From Magallana gigas (Eukaryota): DNA of 64,000 bases. This document shows, in pieces, positions 10,835-23,599 of the stretch. Location: the NCBI RefSeq assembly GCF_963853765.1, contig NC_088860.1:50840001-50904000 (forward strand), written 5' to 3'. How positions within the stretch are numbered: the first letter of the stretch is position 1; every line of letters starts with the position of its first letter. Below the pieces are notes generated by a model. That model was not told where the DNA came from and made no database searches. It was given only the letters and a program-made list of their open reading frames with translations. Both the position numbers and the translations under genes were made by a program.

Positions 10835-12005
10835 ACACTAACGATGTTGACCTCTACCTGTTCACACTGACGATGTTGACCACAGTTTAGATATCGATGT
10901 CTCTACCTGTACACACTGACGATGTTGATTACAGTTTAGATGTCGATATCTCTACCTGTACACACTGACGATGTTGACCACAGTTTAGATGTCGATATCT
11001 CTACCTGTACACACTAACGATGTTGACCACAGTTTAGGTGTCGATATCTCTACCTGTACACACTCACGATGTTGACCACAGTTTAGATGTCGATATCTCT
11101 ACCCGTACACGCTGACGATGTTGACCACAGTTTAGATGTCGATATCTCTACCTGTACACACTGACGACGTTGACCACAGTTTAGATGTCGATATCTCTAC
11201 CTCTACACACTGACGATGTTGACCACAGTTTAGATGTCGATATCTCTACCTGTACACACTGACGATGTTGATCACAATTTTACATGTCGATATCTCTACC
11301 TGTACACACTGACGATGTTGACCACAGTTAAGATGTCGATATCTCTACCTGTACACATTTACGATGTGACTAAAGTTTAGATGTCGATATCTCTACCTGT
11401 ATACACTAACGGTATTGACCACAGTTAAGATGTCGATATCTCTACCTGTACACACTAACGATGTTGAACACAGTTTAAATTTCGATATCTCTACCTGTAC
11501 ACACTAACGATATTGACCACAGTTTAGATGTCGATATCTCTACCTGTACACACTGACGATGTTGACCACGGTTTAGATGTCGATATCTCTACCTGTACAC
11601 ACTCACGATGTTGACCACAGCTTAGATGTCGATATCTCTACCTGTACACACTGACGATGTTGACCACGGTTTAGATGTCGATATCTCTACCTGTACACAC
11701 TGTACACACTGACGATGTTGACCACAGTTTAGATGTCGATATCTCTACCTGTACACACTAACGATGTTGACCACAGTTTAAATGTCGATATCTCTACCTG
11801 TACACACTAACGATATTGACCACAGTTTAGATGTCGATATCTCTACCTGTACACACTGACGATGTTGACAACGGTTTAGATGTCGATATCTCTACCTGTA
11901 CACACTGTACACACTGACGATGTTGACCACAGTTTAGATGTCGATATCTCTACCTGTAAACACTGACGATGTTGACCACAGTTTAGATATCGATATCTCT
12001 ACCTG
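10835..12005. repeat. 49-bp tandem array, about 24 copies, followed by a degenerate related tract to about 12625
   Basis: Unit TCTCTACCTGTACACACTGACGATGTTGACCACAGTTTAGATGTCGATA; period 49 (10901, 10950, 10999); two units carry an extra short TGTACACAC duplication; the flank has decayed TTTTAGATGTCGAGATCTCT copies. Confidence 0.95.
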
Positions 12006-14189
12006 ATTCTCCAGTGACGGAGTTTCTGATTTTGTCGTTGAGGCCATAAACTGATTTTGGATGTAAAAACATATACGTTTTCTGAAATGTCATAAGATTT
12101 GGATAAATTCCAATGTCGTTCTCGTCAAAATTTAAGATATAACAATTTTTATGTGATTAAGATCAGAATACAAAATCTCTCTGTGATTTTAATGTTAATT
12201 GCATATGTTTAAATAGAGGTTCGGTTCTTGATGTGAGTTTTAATTTCGAGATCTCTTAGTGATTTTAGATGTCGAGATCTAAACGTGAATTAATATGTCG
12301 AGATCTCTACTTGATTTTAGATGTCGAGATCCTATGTTATTTTAGATGTCTAGGACTTTTTGGGCTTTTAGATGTCGAGAACTGTGATTATTATGTATCA
12401 AATTTTATGTGGTTTTAGATGTCAATTTTTTTTCCTGATTCTAAATGTCGAGGTCAATGTAATTTTAGATCCCTTTTTGATTTTTAAACGTCAAAATCTT
12501 TTCTGGTTTTAATTGTCGTGATTTCTATATAAATTTAGGTGTGGAGATTTCTATTTGATTTTAGACGTTGAAATCTTTGTTATTTTAGATGTGGAGATCT
12601 CTTTGGTTTTTAAGATGTGGAGATCTCTTTTTATACTTTAGAGTTGGGATCATTTCTAAATATAAGGTATTAGAATTGTTAATTCAATCGTTTAAAAGGG
12701 GTTTTCATGATACATGTAAAACAATTGCAACATGTAATTTAACACATTTACAAATTATTTAAAAACATTGCTATAATTTGCTTAAACAAAACATGTCCGG
12801 TAGATTCTCAGAATATGTTTGCAAAATCCTAAATAACATAATGGGAATTCATTTGTTAACACATCAATGTTTAGTTTAATTCAATTGACAAACCGAAGAC
12901 CTATCGATAGAATAGACGATGATTCAAAGACACTTTGTTTATCACACACCAGTGCCTGAAATTAAGAGGCTAAATCTGTCTTCTACTTTTTCAAAATCTT
13001 TAATCTCTTATACACAGTATATGGATCCATTAACAGGCTTTTTAGTGTCTCTTTTTGCGTATTTAAGCAAACGATATCATGTAAATATGTATTGTATGCA
13101 TATTTGATACATGTTTGCAATAAGTAAAAAGCGATTCCAAAAGAAATAGTTGCAAACACCTTTATGTAGGGCCCAAGAACCCAAATAAAATTGTTGTTTG
13201 TATCAGGAATTAAGGATTAGATTAAAGAAAAAAATGTTGACATATTTTAGAAAGAAACCAGATATTTTAAAAGTGGTTGGCGTACACCTTATTGCCTATC
13301 CTTCTGCTCTGTAGTAAAAAGATGTAAGTGTATTGCATTAATACTGAGACAGAAGGCTCGAGTCGAGTCTATGTTGCTCCTCAGAAGAACTTTGTCGTGG
13401 GGAAGATACCAATCCCTCTTCTTCCTCCTCGGTGAATTTCATTCATGATTGTAATGTGGTTATCTTCAAACATTGGAGCATCTATTTGCACATCATTTAA
13501 TAATGATTCATGAATTATTAAGGAGTATTTGATCTTTTATCATATTTGTATTCCATAATGATTCTCAACAATTTTGAAATATACATTTAAAAATTGATTT
13601 TTTAGCAGTTCCTTTACCATATATCAAGTTATGCGTGCGTAAGCAGTTTTTACACCAGAACGTGAAACATATTCAACAAATTTAAATTTTAGGTCAGAAA
13701 AACTTTTTAAATTTGATATACAGACTTTTTCCACGACATTGCAATTGTTTAATTATGTTATATTGAGGGCAGTCTGTAGTGCACATTATCACTAAGTAGG
13801 TTGATAACGGAAGCTCTAGACAGTTTGTTCTGCAATATAATTTGGGGAAGGGGGCACGTAGGAAAAGTGTGATTTAGTAACCCTCAGGCGGCGCATCAAC
13901 AAAAAGCGGAGCTATTCATAAACACCATATGATTGCAAAAACGACCAGAATTTAATTTAATATTTCCAAAATTATCTTTTGAAATAATTATTATGTAATT
14001 ACACATGTTGAAAATATGTGCTTTGAATTATTCAATACATTGCAATTACAATTGAAACAACTTAAAAAAATCATTGTAGTAGTAACCAAACAAATTAGAG
14101 CTAAGTACTTCGTCGCAAACACTGTTTAAATGGTAACAGCCTGTAGGATGAATCTTAAGACCAAGAAAGAGAATGTATTTCAAACAGTA

Positions 14190-14973
14190 CACTACTTTAA
14201 ACCCGCCATTAAAATAAATGAGCAAAACTGAACAAAACTCCAGTTCCGATGGTTTAAAAGTTCTGTGTCACGATAAAGTACCAGATCACCAGCACATATT
14301 AAGGATTTACAATTTGTAATAATTAACACTGTGCTTGATAATTATGCCAGTGCCAAAGTGACATTATTGCACCCGTCTAAGCTGCATACATAGAAAAATT
14401 CAAATATGCCATACGATAAACCATTGCTTTAAGAGTTTATAACCGACTTTGTTATCATTGATTCTCACCTGTCAGCTGAGATATTTACCTTTCAAAAATA
14501 ATAAATTCCTACAGGAAAATAATTTTTCCCATAGGAAAAACAGTATTCCTACAGGAAATTTGAAATTTCCTATCAGAATACAAGAACTTCCTATGGTAGA
14601 TTCCATGCCGACAGTGTTTGATGAAATCTGATAGGAATTTAAATTTCCTATAGAAAATAATCTGTCTGGATCAAATAGCTACAAGAAATACCATTTTCCT
14701 ACAGGAAATATTATTCCTTTAGGATTTTTAGAAAATCCTATAGGATTGTCACTATTTTCTGTAAGAGAATCATTTTCCCATGGGATATAATTTTCATAGG
14801 TTAATATCCCACCTGTCATATAATACAAACTAATAACAAAACTGATTATGTACTCTTTGAACAATGGTTTAGCATTTTGTACGTATGGGTTTTTCCGAAA
14901 CTGCAACTTAAGCGGGTGTAGAAATTCAACCTTGGCACTGGCATAATTATCCGACACAGTGTTAATTTTTCCT
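14190..14973. pseudogene. Two inverted copies of a decayed coding sequence (about 14190-14460 on +, about 14815-14973 on -) flanking a tract rich in TTCCTAYAGGAA palindromes
   Basis: + copy reads ...IINTVLDNYASAKVTLLHPSKLHT* with in-frame stops; - copy reads KINTVSDNYASAKVEFLHPLKLQFRKNPY...; obvious nucleotide and protein similarity. Family unknown. Confidence 0.4.
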
Positions 14974-15115
14974 NNNNNNNNNNNNNNNNNNNNNNNNNNN
15001 NNNNNNNNNNNNNNNNNNNNNNNNNNNNNNNNNNNNNNNNNNNNNNNNNNNNNNNNNNNNNNNNNNNNNNNNNNNNNNNNNNNNNNNNNNNNNNNNNNNN
15101 NNNNNNNNNNNNNNN
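14974..15115. other. Assembly gap (142 N)
   Basis: Run of N. Confidence 1.
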
Positions 15116-15455
15116 GGGGTAACTGTTGAAACTGACACCCCGAAAAATCCATTGTCAACCGACGCGAAGCGGAGGTTGACAATGGTTTTCGAGGGGTGTC
15201 AATTTCAACAGTTACCCACCCAAACAAGCACTATTTATTTTCTTATACTGAATTGCTAAATTTTAAAAAGAATTTACTGCTTTTATACAGAAATAAAGTG
15301 AATTCTACGGCAAACCGTACACGCATAATTTACGCGCACGTAACAGTTCGTTGTGTTACCCGTTGCCAAGTCTTGCCAACGCTGAGGGTAATAGAACGGA
15401 TTACCAACTGCGTCTAAACCAATCAGATTTCAGTAATTAACATGAAAGTATAATA
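15116..15455. mobile_element. Dispersed foldback repeat with a long internal hairpin, copy 1 (left end lost in the gap)
   Basis: About 50-bp arms around the loop GACGCGAAGCGGA; a second colinear copy lies at 58190-58550. Confidence 0.75.
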
Positions 15456-15624
15456 AAATAAATTATCTTATAGAAACAGTTAATAAATACTTTGATTTAA
15501 AGATCAAAACTAAATTATGACACTTAAAATATGATGCAAAATTTGAAGCAGAATTTACTTAATTGTAAATGTGGTGGATATAATAACGAAAAAAACCCAT
15601 GTGTAAACTACTTAGGTAGAAATA

Positions 15625-16684
15625 CGAGAGTTTGTCCAAAAGTAATGTCACAGATGCGATAAAATCGTGAAAAAGTGATTCATGCTTTGAATTATCTACC
15701 TAATTCAAATCAGATCTGAAAATTTTAATGCATTATTATAAATATTTCTGAAGATTATATATTTTGTAGAGCGTAAGGTAAAGATAGTCGCCGCACGCTA
15801 GCGACGTCATTTCCTTGGCGTTCTGGTAGAATTTCGTTATACAGTACTCTATATAAATTCGACACGGTGCTCTATTGTACATTTTGTTATCACATTCTTA
15901 ATGAAGAAACTAATTAATCATTTTGTAATCGATGGAGTAGTATATAGGATTTTTTAAATGTGCGATCAGTTTGTCGAGGTCTCTTCAAAAAGTAAAAAAC
16001 GTAGCTATACAATATAGCCATTGACGTAAGAGCACAGCTCTAATTTCCCTTCAGAGCGTATGTCTTCTATCTACCCAATTTATTTATTAACATGTCATAC
16101 GCCTTTATTAGATATTAGAAACACGTTTAGGGAACCCTGTTCACTCGATCTCAATTCTAGGTTGATATATCAATACCAGTACATTTTATTGTGATTTCTA
16201 TTCATCGAAGCAAAATATGCATCGTATCACTATTCGCATGTCCAGCCTTTTTATCCCTTGATCCAGAGACAAAAGTCATTGGGTAGATATCCGATATGGA
16301 TGGTAACGGTCCCTAGTTTTTTAAAACGGTTAGAAAAAGTTTATAATATATATGTTTTAAAATATTGTATTGTTTGGGCCTTTTTCAAATTTAGGAGCAT
16401 TTAATTTATTCATAAATGCAAGCCTTAAAAAAGATGTAAATTCATGACGCAGCGATGTCACGTATATATTACGCTATAAACATCAATATCTTGTTAAGCT
16501 TTCGACAAAATTTAATCAAAATTTTAATTCGAATTTGAATTTTGATAAGGTAAATTTTAATGTATCATTTTATACAGTACAGCGGCAGTGAGAAGCGTGG
16601 TGCATAGTGTGACATTACTTTACAAGTACAGCGCCAGTGAGGAGCGCGGTGCATAGTGTGACATTACTTTTCAATCAAATCTTG
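15625..16684. mobile_element. Tc1/mariner-type MITE, family A copy 1
   Basis: TA|CGAGAGTTTGTCCAAAAGTAATGTCACA ... TGTGACATTACTTTTCAATCAAATCTTG|TA; colinear with 16726-18793. Confidence 0.75.
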
Positions 16685-16725
16685 TATCACTCTAGACCTA
16701 TCGACAGTTCATGCAAGTTTAGATA

Positions 16726-18793
16726 CGAGGGTTGATCCAAAAGCAATGTCACAGATGCGATAAAATCGTGAAAAATCCGCAGAAAGAGACAAAAACTTGT
16801 GCTATGAGATATCTATCTATTTCAATTCAGATCTGAAAATGTAAATGCATTATGATAAATATTTCTGAAGATAATATATTTTGTAGAGCGTGAAGCAAGG
16901 ATAGTCGCCGCACGCAAGCGACGTCATTTCTAGATCTTTGGCGTTCTGGTAGAATTTCGTAATTTTGTACTCTATAAAAATTGGCCACGATGCTCTATTT
17001 TACATTTTTTTCTTAGTATATAATATCTCTTTTTGTAATCGATGGGGTAGTATGAAATATTATTTAATCAGCGATCAGTTTGTCGAGGTCTCTTCAAAAA
17101 GTCATGAACGTAGCTCTATGATATAGCTCATGACCTAATAACCTAGTTTTCAGTTTCCTTAAGAGCGTATATCTTCCGTCTATTTCATTTATAAATTAAC
17201 ATGACATATACTTTTATCAGATATTGGAACCACGTTAAGGAAACCCTGTTCACTCGCTCTTAATTTTAGGTTGATATATCAATTCCAGTACATCTTCTAA
17301 TGATTTCTATCCATCAAAGCAAAAAAATGCTTCGTATCACTATTCGCATGTCCAACCTTTTTATTCCCTGGTCTGGAGACAAAAGGTATTGTGTAGATAT
17401 CCGAAATGGACGGTAACGTTCCCTAATTTTTTTTAAAACAGTTAGAAAGTGTCTATGGTATATCTGTTTCAAAATATTGTGTTGTTTGAGTCTTTTTTCA
17501 AATTTTGAAATTATGTTATTTATACACAAATACAAACCCTAAAAAAAACGTAAATTCATAACGCGGCATGTACGAGGGTCAATCAAAAAATACGAAGACT
17601 TTTGCCATAGCTATGTTACTTAACGTCGTATCATTACTAAATTTGGTAGACATAATTTAGCAATAGTTTCAGACAATTTGTAAGAAAAAAAGTTAATAAA
17701 TTTCTTTCTTTCTAAGAATAATTTAGAATTTCATCCTGAAAAAATGAGGTCACGGCGCACGGTCAAAATTTGTGTTATGTCAACAAAAAACCATATAATG
17801 TTGAAAGTATTATCTCTATAAATTTGGCTTAGAACAAAATTATATTGAAACTACAAATTTTGTTTAGTCATGGTATTCTATGTACCAAATAATGACGGGA
17901 TAGATTAGTAACTAAAGTCAGATAGTCCTCTTTAGAATTGACTAAAAACATCGACGTCGCCTGACGTCACGGCGCAACGAGAAGTACAAATAAAATGGAT
18001 TTAACTCAGGAAAAAGCCGATACAAGCTGTGAAAATGCTCAATGGTGAACAAAATAAGTCAACAATTATTTGCAAGTTTGTGTTTAACTGTAATAAATTT
18101 TGTGGGGGTGGTGGTCATTGTATTTTGAATATAAAACAGTCCGAAAGAGAGTAGAATATCTGTAAATATTTGGTCATAAAAGAAGTAATGTCAACCGACG
18201 TTCAGGGTTATCCTTACTGTAAACTAAGATATACACGGTTAGAAAATGAAAACATTGAAGAACTAACTTATGATTCTCGAGCAAATGTGTGCAAATAAGA
18301 TGTTAAGTGGTTCAATGCCATTCTAAATTGTAAGAAGAAAGGCACAAGAGACTAAGTGTGATATAAAGATGGGGTATATCTATAAACTGTGCGTGTTTAA
18401 TTTTGACGTCATGTTTTGAACGTTACCGTGCGCCGTGGTGACAAAACATGTTGTTTTTAAAAATGGGGAACAAAAATACCCTTTCATCAAATGGACGAAA
18501 ACTTCGCATATCAATAACATAAGTGTTGGTGCACAGATTAATCTATTAAGTATGACTTTCATGAAAAATATATGATAGACAGCCGCATTGTCTTCGTATT
18601 TTTTGATTGACCCTCGTATATATCAGGCTATAAACATCAATATCTTGTTAAATGTTCAACGAAATTTATTAAAAATTTTACTTCATATTAGAATTTTGAT
18701 AAAGAAAATTTTGATCTATCTTTTATATTATACAATACAGCGCCAGTGTTAAACGCTGAGCATAGTGTGACATTACTTTTGGATCAACCCTTG
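16726..18793. mobile_element. Tc1/mariner-type MITE, family A copy 2, interrupted by a nested MITE
   Basis: TA|CGAGGGTTGATCCAAAAGCAATGTCACA ... TGTGACATTACTTTTGGATCAACCCTTG|TA; near-perfect 28-bp TIR and TA TSD. Confidence 0.85.
17573..18616. mobile_element. Tc1/mariner-type MITE (1044 bp) nested in family A copy 2
   Basis: Perfect 27-bp TIR CGAGGGTCAATCAAAAAATACGAAGAC with TA on both sides; absent from the matching position of copy 1. Confidence 0.9.
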
Positions 18794-19039
18794 TACATTT
18801 ATTTTCACACCACGTTGTAGCCACTGTTTTAACAAGGGACACTACCTAGTTTATATAGTGGTTAGAAAATGCTCCAAAATTTAAAGAGGCATCTGATTTT
18901 GTTTCTAAACATTTGTTCACTTATCCAGCTGTTTCTATGGCAACCAAATCCAAAGTGAGGCAGTTGCCATCTTTAAAATCACCAAAATTAACAACTGAGG
19001 TTTGATAAAAGTACGGAAAATAAAGACCAATATCAATTA

Positions 19040-19230
19040 GCATGACGTGTAGTGATAACGAACAGTGTTCAACGTCAAAATCTAAAGGAAAAATACAAAA
19101 CAGGAGCAGAGCAAACATGGACCTCTACAAAAATTAGGGGTAGGATAGGGTGCTATAGAGGAGTGGGCATCCTCTGCTGACCGGTCATATCCGCCATGTG
19201 CTCTTTGTCGTAATCGGGAAACGTAGAAAT
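19040..19230 (-). mobile_element. Penelope-like element 3-prime tail fragment
   Basis: GAGCAAACATGGACCTCT...AGGGGTAGGAT...CATCCTCTGCTGACCGGTCA...GTGCTCTTTGTCGTAATCGGG, similar to the tail attached to the RT at 33560-34290. Confidence 0.65.
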
Positions 19231-21467
19231 CTTTAGGCAATTAGGTCATAAATACGGATCGCCAGGGATTGATCAAGCCCAACAATCTTAAAACAAAAGC
19301 ACATTTTGACGATATCTTGTTTGCAGAGTATTACATTAAAATGTTTTCAAATAGTTTGTTTTCCGTTCTTTAAAAATAAGACCAAACTCTCTACTACAAT
19401 AAGATGATTTTTCACAAGAAATAAGATACTGGAAATATATGACATAGCGTCAACTTTGTCTGGTTTTCAAAACGTAAATTTGTGAAAAACTTGCGTTTGA
19501 TCATGATTTTGACTTGTATAGATTTAATTAAAAAACACGATGTATCAAGAAAATCCGATTTTTTTCTCCTTCTGCAATCAGTAGTATCCATCAGTAGTAT
19601 CCGTGGCATGTAGTGGAGCTAGAAACCATTCTCAATCAGTGATCATTTTAGTAGCGGCCTAGACCTAAATATTGGTTGCAGAAAAATTAATAATTGAATA
19701 AAAATTGACACGGAAGGTGGTTGGGGAGTCAACAACACGTCATTTACTTTCCTTCTGTTGCCTTGTTTAACTTCACACTTTGTTGCAACGGATGACATAT
19801 ACTGATTAAAGCCATGCGTTCTAAATGGAATTCATATCAATTGTTTGTATTTTTATTACTTAAGAATCAACATCAATTGGTCTAAAGATAAAACAAAAAA
19901 CTTTTTTGTATGTAGTGTTAATAAGGCAAGGTGATCTTAGTCGTTTTATACTGTATGAGTCTCTTTACAAGGAAATCTATGCACACAGATAAAGGGAGAT
20001 ATTAAAATATCAAGGCTATTATTTCCAGAATTTTTCTTTTCTTCATAATAGTGTATGGCTACAATGATCACATATAATGTCTCTTTTTTAACAAATATAA
20101 TTTTTATGCTTTCCTAATCATTTGAAGTCTTTAAAGTACAGTTACTGAAATCAACCTAAAATTGCTTAGGTACCAGACGGCCGACAATTAAATGTGCCAT
20201 TAGTGAGATGTCTGCTTCACTTAGTTTAGTGTCAAATATACAGGAAATAGTAATTATTTATAAAGAGCAATTAACTTTAAAGATTCAAAATGGCGACGAT
20301 GATTTTTTATCAGTTGTGTGTTCACAAGAACACTTTTGATATAAACCTCTTAGAGTGTTATAGTAAAAACCCAAACTTTACATGCATTGTGTATTCCTTG
20401 TTTATCTATAGGAAGATATCAGATAAAATGTTGGAATTTTGAGGTTTAAGAATTTATTGCTTTTAAAACTTTTATTATCCTTAATAAAAATTGATTAAAA
20501 TATCAAAATACCAAACACAAATTAAATGCATAAGGCTAACGTTAACCAGGAAACACAGAGAGCAAAACGCATACGGCTATGGATCTTGGAGGAAGCACAT
20601 AAAAAAAATCGTTGATTTGTGAAGCATTTCCTTTAAATTGGTGGATTTTACACTCAGAAATTGTACTCGCGTACAGCCCTATGTCTTTACAACGTTATCG
20701 GGTTTGTTTTCCCACCAATCCTTGAAAATTTGATTGTCGAATAAAATCAGTTCAATTCACTCTTCAAAGAGCGTTATATTTGTATTACCTGTACCTTTTC
20801 AGTCAGGGTTTTTGTTAGTTCATGTATGATTCAAATACGTGATTGTGTGAATGAAAGTTTGCTTTTAATATTGTTCATGAATTTTTTTGGCAACTCATTG
20901 TTTGATATGAATTAAATGAGATCATTTTGAACATCTGGAATACAATAATCATCATTGTCGCTGATAACTCAAAGTATTATGTGTCGGCATATATGAATAA
21001 TTAAAATAAACCCAAATTTTTCAGTTTTTCATTTTATTGCAAATAAATACCAGGTATAATGCACTGTGTAAAAAATATCACAGATTCCGTTTTGCATAAA
21101 GCGCTAAACGATGTTAATAAATAATAAAAAAAAAAACAGATATGAATAATAAAATTAAAAAAATAAATATACGCTCCCATTCTCATTTCTTTTTAAAAAA
21201 GACATTTAACATGCTATGTCCTTATAAATTTTTCTTATTTAAGTACATTATTTCCGTTCAAAACTTTCACAACACTATAAATATAATGCAAAATAAAAAT
21301 AGATACATCTAAAAATAAGATTAAATCAAGCATATTGCACAACTTTGAATATGAGGTATAACAAATAAACCAATTCAATTATCATATAACATGTAAAACA
21401 ATAAAGATTACCACTAAGAGTCTAATAAGTATTTTAGAACATAAAGTCAATTATACCAGGTTCATGG

Positions 21468-21531
21468 AATATTGTAAACACTGTCCATCATACACATAAT
21501 ATTGTAAACACTGTCCATCATACACATAATA
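21468..21531. repeat. 30-bp tandem duplication in the presumed 3-prime UTR of paralog 2
   Basis: AATATTGTAAACACTGTCCATCATACACAT x2. Confidence 0.85.
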
Positions 21532-21846
21532 CAAGTCAGCTTAAAAAGCCATAAGTCACGCTTACGGATCGTTCTCCAACATAATAAAAATCGGCACTAA
21601 TTTTCAAAAATGTGGTTTGTTTTTATCGACATTTTCTCTTTTTTATGTCTCAAAGACTGGAAAACAACACATAAAATTTTGGTAAAAATAGTATTTGGAT
21701 TTTTTTTTCCAACTCAGAGATAAATTTTTTTTCTGTGGATCTTTTAAAAATATTAGTGTCATAAAAATGAACAACACTATTATCACTGGAGCAAGAAGAA
21801 AAAAAAATTTCTTCAGGACGTCAGGTTTCAACGTTGTACTAGTTAG

Positions 21847-23572
21847 TTATGAAGAAGTCGTCAGATTCAGAAATTTTGCAGATAAATGATTGAGATACTG
21901 AATGTTTTTACTGTAGATGACATAATCCCTGTAGTAGCGACTCGATCGGTCTTCTGATAAGCTTCTTAAATCAGTATTCATGACGTCACGTGTCACATGA
22001 TTTTCAATGGTGACATGAAGAATAGTGTATAAGGTGGTATGTAAATCACACATGAGTTCATAAAGCTTGTCTTGAACTGGTGCCATGAGGTCATAGAGCT
22101 CACTGTGCTCAAAGTACACCTCATCCTCTAGCACTTTCTCCAGAAATACCGCCAGAGTAGACAAAAGTCGGTACTCATTAAGTAAAATTGTCGATATCTG
22201 AAAACCAAAAAGATCAGAAAATCAATATTTTGTCAAACTTCAGTACAACTGTTAACAAACAATTTTTTTTCTCTATAAGTTATACAGCCTACTGTTAAAC
22301 TTACGTTGTTGTTTTTGCAAGCAGTCTGCATGTTATCAGATTCCTCTACCAAATTCAACCCTTCCATGTCGGCGGTCTCCAAGTTCGTAATCAAGAAAGA
22401 ATTCGTTAACCTACGTCCTAGGACTGGTATCTATAAGTAAGTATTCACATAAAAAACCTCATTCCTTGAACTCAATCATAAACAGAACAAAAGTTATAAA
22501 AAAAGGTCGGACGATTAGGTATATAAAACAAACATACGTAGTTTTTCTTTAGAACAATCGCAGCATCTTTCTGTAGAGTGGATTTCACGGACATTGCACG
22601 AAGAGCTTGTTCCACTGGGATGACCATGGGTGGCAGGGAGTCAGATGTGTCTCGTGAACAGGGGGTCTCCCATCGTAGGGTAGTACTTCTTTTTTCTATG
22701 TTGAGTGGGTGGGAATAAATTTGTTCACAATTCCAACTTACAACAGCTGAAACAAAGTTGATATTTCAATTAGACAGCATGGCGTTTACTTTCATTGTAT
22801 CAGATCATTTAGTTTAAAATATGTTGTCATAAAATTAAGATAGTTAGAGAAGTGGCAGTGAATACACGAACATCTGTTTACATTGCTATCTTAACAAATA
22901 TTTGTATAAAAATAGATATTCAGCTTTAAGTTGAAATCATTATTATTAAAATTTTAAGAACAACAGCAATATAGATCCTCTCACATGAATGCGATATTTT
23001 TATCGTTTTTCCGCGTTAACAAAACAATGTTATTGTTTTCCTTTTTTTAGGTCACCTATCTATTATACAGTGATTCTATTTTAGGAATTAAAGGGCCAGC
23101 GAACAGCGATTAAACCATTGACGATTTAAAAAAAAAAAAACCGGAAGACAAGAAGTAACATCAAAAAGCGTTCCATGACTCTTTCGAAACATTATTAACT
23201 CTCGTCAAATTTAAACCCCTAAGTAAACAATAAAACCTGGTACAGTCAGAATAAAACATAGTGTATACAAGCGTTGGCTACATTCTTCAGAGTCGGAAAG
23301 TTGTATATAAAGTACATTTAAAATACACATAACAAACTTATAACATGAAAATCGTTTCTCAATAATATATCGTATTAAGTTAAAGACGTTCATCTTAAGC
23401 TTATGTATTGTGTTTTTCTTTTGCCGTTCATATAAATAAATATCTTAAATATATTATACAACAACCCTATGTCTCATAAGATGAATACGTTCACTATTAT
23501 ATATAATATGTTATGAATCTATAATAGCTTTGACATACCAATTAGGAATGGTAGCAAAATTGTCTTATTCAT
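21847..23572 (-). CDS. Secreted long-chain four-helix cytokine-like protein, paralog 2 (IL-6/LIF/Unpaired-like), 239 aa; exons 23572-23539, 22746-22538, 22430-22305, 22197-21847
   Basis: GT-AG introns (G|GTATGT, C|GTATGT, C|GTAAGT), phases 1,0,0. MNKTILLPFLIAVVSWNCEQIYS-HPLNIEKR-STTLRWETPCSR...LKKNY|IPVLGRRLT...MEGLNL...|ISTILLNEYRLLSTLAVFLEKVLEDE...LYELMCDLHTTL...RSSRYYRDYVIY...NLTTSS*. Exon 1 (34 nt) and exon 4 (351 nt) have the same coding lengths as in paralog 1. Confidence 0.87.
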
Positions 23573-23599
23573 TGTTTCTGTATCAGTGCTCAAATCGCC

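Noticed and set aside
13340-13445. Short acidic minus-strand ORF MKFTEEEEEGLVSSPRQ...
   Set aside because: 34 codons, low complexity, no splice or homology support.
14679-15227. 182-aa ORF
   Set aside because: Spans the N gap and joins unrelated repeats.
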